IMG/VR virus record: IMGVR_UViG_2772190763_000002
Location: 2,601-66,600 of that record
Reading direction: 5' to 3' (one strand)
Length of the DNA: 64,000 nt
Source of the DNA: a virus
Taxonomy: Duplodnaviria > Caudoviricetes
The translations under genes and the position numbers were made by a program. The notes below the pieces were generated by a model. That model was not told the origin of the DNA and ran no database searches. It saw nothing but the letters and a program-made list of their open reading frames with translations. Below, piece by piece: positions 15,087-24,077 of this stretch (position 1 is its first letter; each line of letters begins with the position of its first letter).

Positions 15087-17887
15087 CAGCCTTCATCCCC
15101 AGATACTACCAAAACGAAGCAGTTCAGGCCGTCTTCGACTATTGGCAAGAAGAGCCTGGACACCCGCTTGTCGACATGGCTACGGGCTGCCATGCGGCGG
15201 GCACAAAGATTCTTATGTATGATGGCACCACAAAGCCCGTCGAATTGGTTGCTGCCAATGACAACTTAATGGGGCCGGATAGCCGCCCTCGGCGCGTTAT
15301 CCGCACCGTTTCGGGTCGCGAGATGATGTACCGAGTGACGCCGACCAAGGGCGAACCCTTCGTTGTGAACGAAGGCCATATTCTTTCACTGAAGACGACA
15401 AACGAAGGCAAGAAAGCATTGCGTTATCCAAACTCACACACGGGTGGAGGGCGCATCGAAAATGTGACCGTAAAGGATTACCTCGGTAAGGCGAAAAGTT
15501 GGAAGCATATCCGCAAGCTGTGGCGAACTGGCGTTGATTTCGATTTCCCGGCAAATGATAACCTTCCTGTCCCAGCGTATATCGTCGGCGCAATGCTCGG
15601 CGATGGGAGCCTCGTGCATGCTGCCGGCCTCACCAACATGGATCAAGAGGTTATCGGTGAGGTCTGCGGATACGCTGTCTCGTTAGGGGTGGGTACGCGC
15701 TTCTCGCAGAAGCCAGATAATAGAGCTTGGCAGATATCTTTCCCAGATGAGGAGTCGGACAGATCGCACCGCAACAGATTCGTCGCGAAACTCGAAGAAG
15801 CTGGTCTCTGGGGCATGATCTGCCATGAAAAGGCGATACCGCAACCCTACAAGACCGGGAGCCGAACCACGCGACTAGAGGTGCTAGCCGGGCTGCTGGA
15901 CACCGATGGCCACCTATCAGGTGGCGCCCACTTCGACTTCATTTCAAAGTCCAGGCAGCTTTCCACGGATGTGGTATTTGTCGCAAGAAGCCTTGGCCTC
16001 GCCGCCTACATAAAAGAATGCGAAAAATACTGTCAGACTGGTGGCGGAGGCACATACTGGCGAGTGTCAATATCGGGCGATATCGACATGATCCCCAACA
16101 GAGTCGAGCGTCAAAAGGCTAAACCTCGGCAGCAGATCAAGAATCCTCTTGTGACTGGCTTTAAGGTCGATCCTGTTGGCGTCGGCGATTATTACGGCTT
16201 CGCGCTGGATGGTGACCACCTGTATCTGACCGATGACTTTACCGTACACCACAACACCGGCAAGTCGGGAACGCTGGCCGTGCTCATCAAGCGGTTGCTT
16301 GAGGGCTGGTCAGATCTTAGAATTTTCGTAGTGACGCATGTCGAAGAGCTCGTTGAAGGCAACTTCAAAGAGTTCATCAACATGTGCCCGTTTGCTGATG
16401 TCGGAATCTTTGCGGCAAGCATCGGTCGTCGCGATTCCAGAAGCCAAGTCATTTTCGGCCAACTGCAGACGGTTTGGGATAAGGCCGCCCTGATCGGCCA
16501 CATAGATATTTTGATGATCGACGAGGTGCATCTAGTGCCGTCCGACGGCAACACGATGTACCGCAAGCTCATCGCCGCACTTCTGGGCATCAACCCAGAC
16601 ATGAAGATTGTCGGCTTCACGGCCACCCCGTATCGCCTCGATAGCGGCCGGCTTGACGAAGGCGACGATCGCCTCTTTGATCGTGTCGTTTATACCTATG
16701 GGCTGGCTCAGGGCATAGAAGATGGCTACCTGACTCGCCTCACCAGCAAGCCGTGCGACCTCAAGTACGACATGACTGGCGTGCACCGGCTAGGTGGCGA
16801 TTTCAAGAAATCGGATCTAGCCAAGGCCACAGACAAGGAAGAGCTTACGCGGGCCGCTATTGCCGAGGTGATGGGTTACGTTCGCGAAGAGAACCGCAAG
16901 ACGGCCATCTTCTTCTGCAACGGCATCGAGCACGCCACCCACGTTCGCGATGAAGTCCGCGCGCACGGCAAAACATGCGCCGTATTGAGCGGCAAGACGC
17001 CGAAGGGCGAGCGTCGAAAGATTATCGAGGATCTAAAAAGCGGTCGCTTGTGGGGCTGCACGTCAGATAACGTACTTTCGACTGGCACCAATATTCCGTG
17101 CGTCGATCTGATCGTTGATATGGCGCCGACGGAATCCACGAATCGCTATGTGCAGCGCGCCGGTAGGGGCACCCGCGTCGTTTGGCCGCCAGGATTTAAG
17201 CCCGACAACGCGACGGCTGAAGAACGCAAGGCAGCAATTGCACGCGGGCCGAAGCCGAACTGCAGGTACATCAATCTAGCCGGCAACATCGAGAGACACG
17301 GGCCCGTTGATTGCGTCACACCTAAAGCGCCAGGCAAGGGAACTGGTGAGCCTCCCCTGAAATTGTGCTTGCAGTGCGAGGAGATATGCGCCGCTGGTGC
17401 GCGCGTCTGCCCGAATTGCGGCGTTGAATTTATCTTTGAGGAAAAGCCGAAGTTCACGGCGCGACCGACCGACGTTGCTATTCTGGCTACCGTCGATCCT
17501 GAGCCGCGCACCGTTTCCAGCCGTACGTTTCGCGTTCATCCAGGCAAGGCGGATAAGCCCGACAGCGTGAAGGTGACGTACATGGTCGGCATGACGTCGA
17601 TAAACGAATGGGTCTGCCCTCAACATACTGGCTTCGCCAAAACCAAGGCCGATCGCTACTGGCTTGCGCATGGTGGACAGCGGCCCTTTCCAAAAACGCC
17701 GCTCGAATGGCTTGAGCGTCAGGACGAGCTAGCCGAGACGGTAGAGGTGATGGTGAAACCCCGCGACAAATACTGGGACGTGGTTTCGCATGTGGTGGGC
17801 ACCCACGCACCAGCCAACGACAACACACCTACACCCGCGAATGATAACCTTGCGGATTGGGAGCTTGACGATTCCATACCATTCTAG
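15083..17887 (+). CDS. SF2 (DEAD/DEAH, RadD/YejH-like) helicase with intein and C-terminal Zn ribbon
   Basis: MATG/TGKS Walker A split by intein, IDEVH, FTATPYR, YVQRAGRGTR, CLQC..CPNC. Confidence 0.9.
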   Translation: MTAFIPRYYQNEAVQAVFDYWQEEPGHPLVDMATGCHAAGTKILMYDGTTKPVELVAANDNLMGPDSRPRRVIRTVSGREMMYRVTPTKGEPFVVNEGHILSLKTTNEGKKALRYPNSHTGGGRIENVTVKDYLGKAKSWKHIRKLWRTGVDFDFPANDNLPVPAYIVGAMLGDGSLVHAAGLTNMDQEVIGEVCGYAVSLGVGTRFSQKPDNRAWQISFPDEESDRSHRNRFVAKLEEAGLWGMICHEKAIPQPYKTGSRTTRLEVLAGLLDTDGHLSGGAHFDFISKSRQLSTDVVFVARSLGLAAYIKECEKYCQTGGGGTYWRVSISGDIDMIPNRVERQKAKPRQQIKNPLVTGFKVDPVGVGDYYGFALDGDHLYLTDDFTVHHNTGKSGTLAVLIKRLLEGWSDLRIFVVTHVEELVEGNFKEFINMCPFADVGIFAASIGRRDSRSQVIFGQLQTVWDKAALIGHIDILMIDEVHLVPSDGNTMYRKLIAALLGINPDMKIVGFTATPYRLDSGRLDEGDDRLFDRVVYTYGLAQGIEDGYLTRLTSKPCDLKYDMTGVHRLGGDFKKSDLAKATDKEELTRAAIAEVMGYVREENRKTAIFFCNGIEHATHVRDEVRAHGKTCAVLSGKTPKGERRKIIEDLKSGRLWGCTSDNVLSTGTNIPCVDLIVDMAPTESTNRYVQRAGRGTRVVWPPGFKPDNATAEERKAAIARGPKPNCRYINLAGNIERHGPVDCVTPKAPGKGTGEPPLKLCLQCEEICAAGARVCPNCGVEFIFEEKPKFTARPTDVAILATVDPEPRTVSSRTFRVHPGKADKPDSVKVTYMVGMTSINEWVCPQHTGFAKTKADRYWLAHGGQRPFPKTPLEWLERQDELAETVEVMVKPRDKYWDVVSHVVGTHAPANDNTPTPANDNLADWELDDSIPF
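15188..16255 (+). mobile_element. Intein with LAGLIDADG homing endonuclease (356 aa)
   Basis: Begins CHAAGTKIL, block B NEGHIL, IVGAMLGDG and LAGLLDTDG, ends FTVHHN followed by Thr. Confidence 0.92.
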
Positions 17888-17889
17888 GC

Positions 17890-17903
17890 TTGACAAATTT
17901 GTA
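17890..17903 (+). promoter_or_regulatory. TTGACAAATTTGTA promoter/operator
   Basis: Exact motif copy. Confidence 0.7.
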
Positions 17904-17955
17904 AAGTTACACCAACGTGACGATACCAATGCACCACCACATAGAGGAGACAATT

Positions 17956-18417
17956 ATGGACAGAAGACCGACATTTACGGAATGCGTATTGCTGGCCGAG
18001 CACTATCTAGCTATCGGCCAGAGCGAAATATACATAGACGACAATAGCGATGACGTGCCGTGGCATCTAGCCGCAAGCGTCAAGGAAGGCGGGTCGTACC
18101 GTCTCAATGGACCGGCTTCGGCGCGCGTTACCGCTGCGCACGAAAGCGGCCTGACGTTCACGTGGCATTTTGACTTTGAGGGTCGCGACGCAAACGGCTC
18201 GGGCGTCAACCAGTTCAGCGCAGAAGCCATGCTTGGTGCAGCGCGCAAGTTGCCGGACGCAGCGCGCGAACAGTTCGCACAAATGCTGCATGACAAAGTT
18301 TTGCCGGCCGTTCGCAAGAACACAGACAACCTGCGTGACGCGCTACGCAAGCAGGAAGGCAGCCTTGGTGTGCTGCAAGCCATCATGGTTTCGGTTGGCA
18401 AGCAGGTGGCCGCATGA
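17956..18417 (+). CDS. Hypothetical phage protein
   Basis: GAGGAG RBS, MDRRPTF start. Confidence 0.75.
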   Translation: MDRRPTFTECVLLAEHYLAIGQSEIYIDDNSDDVPWHLAASVKEGGSYRLNGPASARVTAAHESGLTFTWHFDFEGRDANGSGVNQFSAEAMLGAARKLPDAAREQFAQMLHDKVLPAVRKNTDNLRDALRKQEGSLGVLQAIMVSVGKQVAA

Positions 18418-19145
18418 AGCCCGCGCGCGAAGCAGCAATTGGCGATAACGGCGGCCCGCCACTCGACGAGCCATCCGAATTCGACCTCATCAAGACCGAG
18501 ATCGAAGATCTTTTCGCGGAAGCGCGCCACTGGGCCGACGGCGAACCGATCGCCGACCAAGCCACCCACGACGCCATCGAGAAGCTGCGCGACGGAATCC
18601 ATGAAGCCGGCAAGCGTGCCGATGCTTTGCGCGTCGAGGAAAAACGCCCGCTAGATGAACAGGTGAAGGCGATACAAGATCGCTACAACCCATTCATCCA
18701 GCCTAAAAAAGGCAAGGTCGATCTGGCCAAGTCCACGCTAGATACTCTCCTCACGCCATGGCGCACGCGCATAGCCCAAGAGAAGGCCGCAGATGCCGCC
18801 AGGATAGCCGAGGAGGCTGCCGCCGCTACCCGTGCCGCGACTGAGGCAATACGCGCGTCCAGCGGCAATCTGGCGGCGCGCGAGTCTGCCGAAGAGTTGC
18901 TGGCCGATGCGAAGAAGCTGGAGAAGACCGCCACCCGCACCTTCAAGGCGGCAACGACCGGCACCGGACTCAGGACAACATACCGCGCCGATCTCGTCGA
19001 CATCAACTTGGCGCTGGACCACTACTGGAAAACTCACCAGTCATCTTTCGAAGACTTGGTGCGCGAGCTTGCCGCAAGCGACGTGCGGGCCGGTAAGCGG
19101 ACGATTCCGGGGTTTAATGTGGTTGAAGAGAAGAGGGCGGCGTGA
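18414..19145 (+). CDS. Coiled-coil phage protein (Gam/Gp157-like)
   Basis: Long helical Ala/Glu/Lys-rich region, C-terminal KRTIPGFNV. Confidence 0.6.
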   Translation: MKPAREAAIGDNGGPPLDEPSEFDLIKTEIEDLFAEARHWADGEPIADQATHDAIEKLRDGIHEAGKRADALRVEEKRPLDEQVKAIQDRYNPFIQPKKGKVDLAKSTLDTLLTPWRTRIAQEKAADAARIAEEAAAATRAATEAIRASSGNLAARESAEELLADAKKLEKTATRTFKAATTGTGLRTTYRADLVDINLALDHYWKTHQSSFEDLVRELAASDVRAGKRTIPGFNVVEEKRAA

Positions 19146-19396
19146 TGGCGAAGCACCACTACACCTACGCAATCGACGGAATCGACGACACCTTCGACTT
19201 CACGTCCGTCTTCCTGCCTTCCGCAACCGGCTGGCTTGCAGAAGAGGCTGGTAAGGACTTCTTCGACAATCACGACGGATGGGAATGGAAGTGGCCGGCA
19301 AAAGTCACCGTCTATAACGGTGACGTGGCGCTAGGCACGTTCAGCGTCGAGTTGGAGCATGTGGCTTCTTTCTCGGCTTATGAGGTTGCGGCATGA
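19142..19396 (+). CDS. Hypothetical phage protein
   Basis: DGWEWKWP motif, coupled. Confidence 0.65.
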   Translation: MMAKHHYTYAIDGIDDTFDFTSVFLPSATGWLAEEAGKDFFDNHDGWEWKWPAKVTVYNGDVALGTFSVELEHVASFSAYEVAA

Positions 19397-19590
19397 CCTT
19401 CAACCTCATCCAAATCATGAAACTCGTCTCTCCGACAGACGAGCCGCGCCCATACCGCCTCGTCGAGACATACGTCACCAGCGAGGGCATGCGCACGCGC
19501 GTCTGCTCTGGTGCGTTCGCGACGCTTGGCGAGGCGGAATTTCAGCGCGAGACGCTGGAGAAGATTGTTAATGCTGGAGGGCAGAAGTGA
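19393..19590 (+). CDS. Hypothetical phage protein
   Basis: 65 aa coupled ORF. Confidence 0.6.
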   Translation: MTFNLIQIMKLVSPTDEPRPYRLVETYVTSEGMRTRVCSGAFATLGEAEFQRETLEKIVNAGGQK

Positions 19591-19910
19591 TGGCCGGAGC
19601 GTGGGGAGATGACATGATTGACCTTGACCGCGACGACTTCGACACCACAACGCGCCGCCCGATTGCTGCCGAGCAACAAGGCGGCGGGTGGTTGCCGATT
19701 GAAAGTGCGCCGAAGGATGGAACTCGTTTCTTGGCGTGCGGCCCCGACGTGCCGGTTGATTTCTTCCATTGGCAGGACTTCGGTCCAGAGCACGAAGGGT
19801 GCCCCGTGGGATGGCGCGACAGCTTCATTATCGTCTATCGAGAAGAGGCAAACCAAGTCACCCACTGGCAGCCGCTTCCCGCACCACCTAGCCCCACTGC
19901 CGCGCCCTAG
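19587..19910 (+). CDS. DUF551-like protein
   Basis: WLPIESAPKDGT...VTHWQPLP. Confidence 0.75.
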   Translation: MMAGAWGDDMIDLDRDDFDTTTRRPIAAEQQGGGWLPIESAPKDGTRFLACGPDVPVDFFHWQDFGPEHEGCPVGWRDSFIIVYREEANQVTHWQPLPAPPSPTAAP

Positions 19911-20040
19911 CGCGCAGTCTGGCCGTCCTAGGACAACGGACGGCAACTTTCCCGTACCTAAAAACACGCAATAGTTACACCACGCCCGCGCGCCACCAAC
20001 GCGCGGTCTGTAGGGAACACCACAAGAGGAGACACAAAGA

Positions 20041-21399
20041 ATGGAGCCAACAGCTATTGTTGGCGGCGCACGGCTGTTTCACGCCGACTGCCGCGATGTA
20101 CTTAGAAGCCTTCCCGACAATTCCATAGATAGCGTGGTCACAGACCCGCCGTATGCTCTAGTTTCGATTGTCAAGCGGTTCGGCGGAGCAAATTCCAAGC
20201 CAGCCAAGGGCAACGAGGCTTATCAGCGCGTGTCGGCTGGTTTCATGGGCAAGCAGTGGGACACAGGCGAAGTCGCGTTCAGTGACGAATTCTGGGCCGA
20301 AGTGTTGCGCGTTCTCAAGCCTGGCGGGCATGTCGTCGCGTTCTCCGGAACGCGCACCTATCACCGCATGGCTGTTGCTATCGAGGATGCGGGCTTTGAG
20401 ATCAGGGACCAGTTGGGCTGGCTTTATGGCTCAGGATTCCCCAAGTCGCACAATCAGCATGGCGACTGGGAAGGGTGGGGCAGTGCGCTGAAGCCGGCGT
20501 GGGAACCTATCGCGTTGGCGCGCAAGCCGCTTGAAGGCACGATTGCGTCCAACCTAGCCAAGTGGGGCGTTGGCGCGATCAATGTGGATGGGTGTCGGGT
20601 CAATTCTGGCGCGGTCGAAAAACACGTCAGAACGGACAACGTGACGGACGCAAGCTCGATGTCTGGCGTATCGACAGGGTCCACAGGTAGCGGTGAATTC
20701 CTCGCTGGCCGCTGGCCCGCCAACATCATCCACGACGGCAGCGACGAGGTGCTGGCGGCGTTTCCTGATACGGGGCCAAGTAAGGCGGCTAACCGTGGCG
20801 TTACTGGCCGTCATGATCCGGGGCAGGGCGCAGAACACAACCGCATGAAGGGCTATTCGGCCTCAGTGCGCGGCCACGACGACAATGGCGGCTCCGCCGC
20901 CCGCTTTTTCTACTGCGCCAAAGCCAGCCGTGCCGATCGGGACGAGGGGTTGGAGGGGTTTGAGAAGAAACGAACGGGCGGCATGTCAGCGACTGCTGAC
21001 GGCAGCATGCTAACCGGTAGCGGCAACGAGCGCACCACGTCGCGAGCCAACACCCACCCCACGGTCAAGCCCACCAGCCTCATGCAATGGCTCTGCAGAC
21101 TCGTCACGCCACCCGGCGGGACCATCTTGGATCCATTCATGGGCTCTGGCAGCACTGGTAAAGCTGCGCTCCTTGAAGGCTTCCAGTTCATCGGTTGCGA
21201 GCGCGAAGACGAATACATGCCGATTGCGGAGGCGCGCATCCAATGGGCGGTTGATGAGGTACAGCGGCCCGTTGCTGCGCGAGCGCAACCCGCCGCCAAG
21301 ACTACCGCCGCCAAGAAGTCACCAGTCAGTGACAACGACAACCAACCAGCCGACCTTTTCTCGCTATCCACACCCACCACCCTCGCAGGTGCCGCATGA
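20041..21399 (+). CDS. N6A/N4C DNA methyltransferase (beta class)
   Basis: DPPY before HPTVKP and LDPFMGSGSTG. Confidence 0.92.
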   Translation: MEPTAIVGGARLFHADCRDVLRSLPDNSIDSVVTDPPYALVSIVKRFGGANSKPAKGNEAYQRVSAGFMGKQWDTGEVAFSDEFWAEVLRVLKPGGHVVAFSGTRTYHRMAVAIEDAGFEIRDQLGWLYGSGFPKSHNQHGDWEGWGSALKPAWEPIALARKPLEGTIASNLAKWGVGAINVDGCRVNSGAVEKHVRTDNVTDASSMSGVSTGSTGSGEFLAGRWPANIIHDGSDEVLAAFPDTGPSKAANRGVTGRHDPGQGAEHNRMKGYSASVRGHDDNGGSAARFFYCAKASRADRDEGLEGFEKKRTGGMSATADGSMLTGSGNERTTSRANTHPTVKPTSLMQWLCRLVTPPGGTILDPFMGSGSTGKAALLEGFQFIGCEREDEYMPIAEARIQWAVDEVQRPVAARAQPAAKTTAAKKSPVSDNDNQPADLFSLSTPTTLAGAA

Positions 21400-21773
21400 C
21401 CAAACTACCAACCGGGCGCCCGATAGTGCCGTTTACGCCCACGGTGGACGCCATCGGAGACCCAACCACCTGTTTCTGCTGTGGGATGCGTGCCGTAGCG
21501 CTTGGCATCAACCACCAGAAAGCCGACCCCCACTACATCTGCCGGAGGTGCATCGTGGCGATCGACGACTACAAGAAGATTCGCAACCTGGACGCATATG
21601 AACTTGCCGCTCTCGATGGCGGTGTCGATGCTGTCGGCGAATGGATCGCTGAGCGCGGGATCGGCACTGAGTTGTCAGTCTATGACGAGCTTGACCAGCG
21701 GATGTTGGTCAAGGCGGCTTGGGAGGGGTGCGCGCGGAGGCTTCGCGAAGTGTTGAAGGAGGCGCCGTTTTGA
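21396..21773 (+). CDS. Zn-finger hypothetical protein
   Basis: CFCC..CRRC. Confidence 0.7.
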   Translation: MTKLPTGRPIVPFTPTVDAIGDPTTCFCCGMRAVALGINHQKADPHYICRRCIVAIDDYKKIRNLDAYELAALDGGVDAVGEWIAERGIGTELSVYDELDQRMLVKAAWEGCARRLREVLKEAPF

Positions 21774-22021
21774 TGCGTGGCACATGGGAAAAGCAAACAG
21801 GTAAATATCAGCTCGGCGAGAACTACCGCATAGGAAAGATAATCGTCGGATCCGCGTTCTATCGCAGCGGTTCGCGGGATGATCCGGCGAAATATGCTGT
21901 GGAGATAAACCTGCCGGGGATTAAGAACCCTACGGACATCTACACCAACATCGATGACGCAAAGAACCGCCTGGAGCGTGCAGTTGCGGTTTGGTTCAAG
22001 TGGTTGGAGGAGAGGCCATGA
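21773..22021 (+). CDS. Hypothetical phage protein
   Basis: MRGTWEKQ start after GGAGG. Confidence 0.6.
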   Translation: MRGTWEKQTGKYQLGENYRIGKIIVGSAFYRSGSRDDPAKYAVEINLPGIKNPTDIYTNIDDAKNRLERAVAVWFKWLEERP

Positions 22022-23430
22022 TTGCCGCTAATGATAACGGATTGCGCTTCCTCAGTGTGTGCAGCGGCATCGAGGCTGCATCGGTAGCTTGGCGCTCCCT
22101 CAACTGGCAGGCCGTGGCATTCTCTGAAATCGAGAAGTTTCCGTCGGCCGTGCTCAAGCATCATTATCCCGACGTGCCGAACCTTGGCGACTTCACCAAG
22201 ATCGATGTCACCACCTTGGGACGTGTCGATATCATAGCCGGTGGCACACCGTGCCAGGCATTCAGCGTGGCTGGCCTTCGTCAGTCACTTGCCGACGCGC
22301 GCGGCAATCTTTCACTCGAATACGTGAGGTTGGCCCATGAGCTCGCAGCTCACAATGGACTTCGCAATGCCGTCTGGGAAAACGTCGTCGGCGTTCTCAG
22401 CACCAAAGACAACGCCTTCGGATGCTTCCTTGCCGGACTTGTGGGCGCAGATTCCGCCATCGAGCCACCGGCAAGAGGAAAGTGGGGAAGTTCGGGTATG
22501 GTCTCTGGACCGAAAGGACGCGCCGCTTGGCGTATCCAAGACGCTCAATACCATGGACTGGCCCAACGACGCCGTCGTGTGCTCGTTGTCGCAGATTTTG
22601 GAAACGGGGCCGATCCCGCAGAGGTTCTTTTTGAGCGCCAAGGCGTGCAGCGGCATTCTGCGCCGAGCCGAGAAGCGGGGCAAAGTATTACCCATCCAGT
22701 TGCACCAAGCCTTGTTAGCAGCGGCAGAGGCATAGAACGGACGGGCGATACTAGAGGGCAAGATCCGGTCGTGGCGGTGTTCGCGCCTGAAATCGCGCGT
22801 TGCGACGCAACGCGCGAGGGCTCTTCACAGGACTATGAGACCACAACGATGGTTGCCGTCGGCGTCCATGGCGACGTTGCCCACACGCTGAAGGCTGAAG
22901 GCGCCGACGCCAGCGAGGACGGGACGGGCAGGGGGACTCCTATTGTTGCCCAAACCGTTGCCCTCCGCGGCCGAGAAGGTGGCGCAACAGCGGAACTCGG
23001 TGGAGAAGTGGCAACCGCTCTGCGCGCAAGCTCAGGCGGTGGCGACAAGCCGCATGTGTTGGCGGAAGTGCGCCCGATCAACACGCAAGTCGGGTTGCGG
23101 CACCAAGCCCTAGGCGAGCGAACTGGTCTTGGCATTGGTGATGATGGCGACCCATCATTCACCCTGTCAAAATCGCACAGCCACGCGGTTCAGGTGTCAT
23201 CCGCAGTCCGCCGCCTAACACCAAAGGAATGCGAGCGCCTGCAGGGTTTCCCTGACGACTACACCGCCATCCCATGGCGCAGCAAGCCAGCCGACCAGTG
23301 CCCCGATGGCCCACGCTACAAGGCTCTTGGCAACAGTTGGGCCGTGCCGAAGTTCGCGTGGCTGGGCCGCCGCATAGCCGCGCTTATGCCGGCAAACCAG
23401 AACGACGTCGCACACAAGGAAGCAGCATGA
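22018..23430 (+). CDS. C5 cytosine DNA methyltransferase
   Basis: CSGIEA (motif I), GGTPCQAFS (IV), WENV (VI), AQRRRR (VIII), RRLTPKECERLQGFPD (IX), LGNSW (X). Confidence 0.93.
   Translation: MIAANDNGLRFLSVCSGIEAASVAWRSLNWQAVAFSEIEKFPSAVLKHHYPDVPNLGDFTKIDVTTLGRVDIIAGGTPCQAFSVAGLRQSLADARGNLSLEYVRLAHELAAHNGLRNAVWENVVGVLSTKDNAFGCFLAGLVGADSAIEPPARGKWGSSGMVSGPKGRAAWRIQDAQYHGLAQRRRRVLVVADFGNGADPAEVLFERQGVQRHSAPSREAGQSITHPVAPSLVSSGRGIERTGDTRGQDPVVAVFAPEIARCDATREGSSQDYETTTMVAVGVHGDVAHTLKAEGADASEDGTGRGTPIVAQTVALRGREGGATAELGGEVATALRASSGGGDKPHVLAEVRPINTQVGLRHQALGERTGLGIGDDGDPSFTLSKSHSHAVQVSSAVRRLTPKECERLQGFPDDYTAIPWRSKPADQCPDGPRYKALGNSWAVPKFAWLGRRIAALMPANQNDVAHKEAA
22337..22735 (+). CDS. Nested alternative-frame ORF inside C5 MTase (M.EcoHK31I beta-polypeptide-like)
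   Basis: GAGGT RBS; CSLSQILET...FLSAKACSGILRRAEKRGKVLP. Confidence 0.55.
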   Translation: MSSQLTMDFAMPSGKTSSAFSAPKTTPSDASLPDLWAQIPPSSHRQEESGEVRVWSLDRKDAPLGVSKTLNTMDWPNDAVVCSLSQILETGPIPQRFFLSAKACSGILRRAEKRGKVLPIQLHQALLAAAEA

Positions 23431-24077
23431 CCTACACTATCAAAGCCATACCGACCACCTACAATCATGTGCGGTTCAGATCGCGACTTGAGGCGCGATG
23501 GGCTGCATTTTTCGATTTGGCTGGTTGGCAATGGGACTATGAGCCATTCGACTTGGACGGATGGGCGCCGGATTTCATGCTGAAAGGCAAGATAAGAGCT
23601 CTGGTTGAGGTGAAACCAATCAATTTCGCTGACACCGAAGGTGGGGCGATGACGCAGGCCAAGGCGCAGGCTGCAAAGGCTTTCGCTACAGCAGCCAGAG
23701 TGTCACCATCGTTCAAGGATATTACAGAAGAGGAGATCATAAGTTCGCGCAGGCTGCCTCCACAGTACGAGATCATGGTTATCGGCAACGGCCCGTTTGT
23801 GAATGATAGCTGGAACAAGTGGGGTATTGGAGTTATGGCCATTGAGGAGGGGTGCCGCGGCGAGGATTACGCCGATCTATTCTGGGGAGATACCCAGTAT
23901 CTGGATTATGCCGCAAGGTACGGAAACTACAGGTATCGGGTAGGTGGGCAATATGACGGTGACCACCACCTAAATCAAATCCGCGACGATACGCCGGAGC
24001 GCCTTTGGCGAGAAGCAGGCAACATCGTCCAGTGGAATCCAGACAACACCAATTACCGTCGAAGGAAAGCAGCATGA
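23427..24077 (+). CDS. PD-(D/E)xK nuclease-like protein
   Basis: FRSRLEARWA..WDYEP..PDF..VEVKP. Confidence 0.75.
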   Translation: MTYTIKAIPTTYNHVRFRSRLEARWAAFFDLAGWQWDYEPFDLDGWAPDFMLKGKIRALVEVKPINFADTEGGAMTQAKAQAAKAFATAARVSPSFKDITEEEIISSRRLPPQYEIMVIGNGPFVNDSWNKWGIGVMAIEEGCRGEDYADLFWGDTQYLDYAARYGNYRYRVGGQYDGDHHLNQIRDDTPERLWREAGNIVQWNPDNTNYRRRKAA

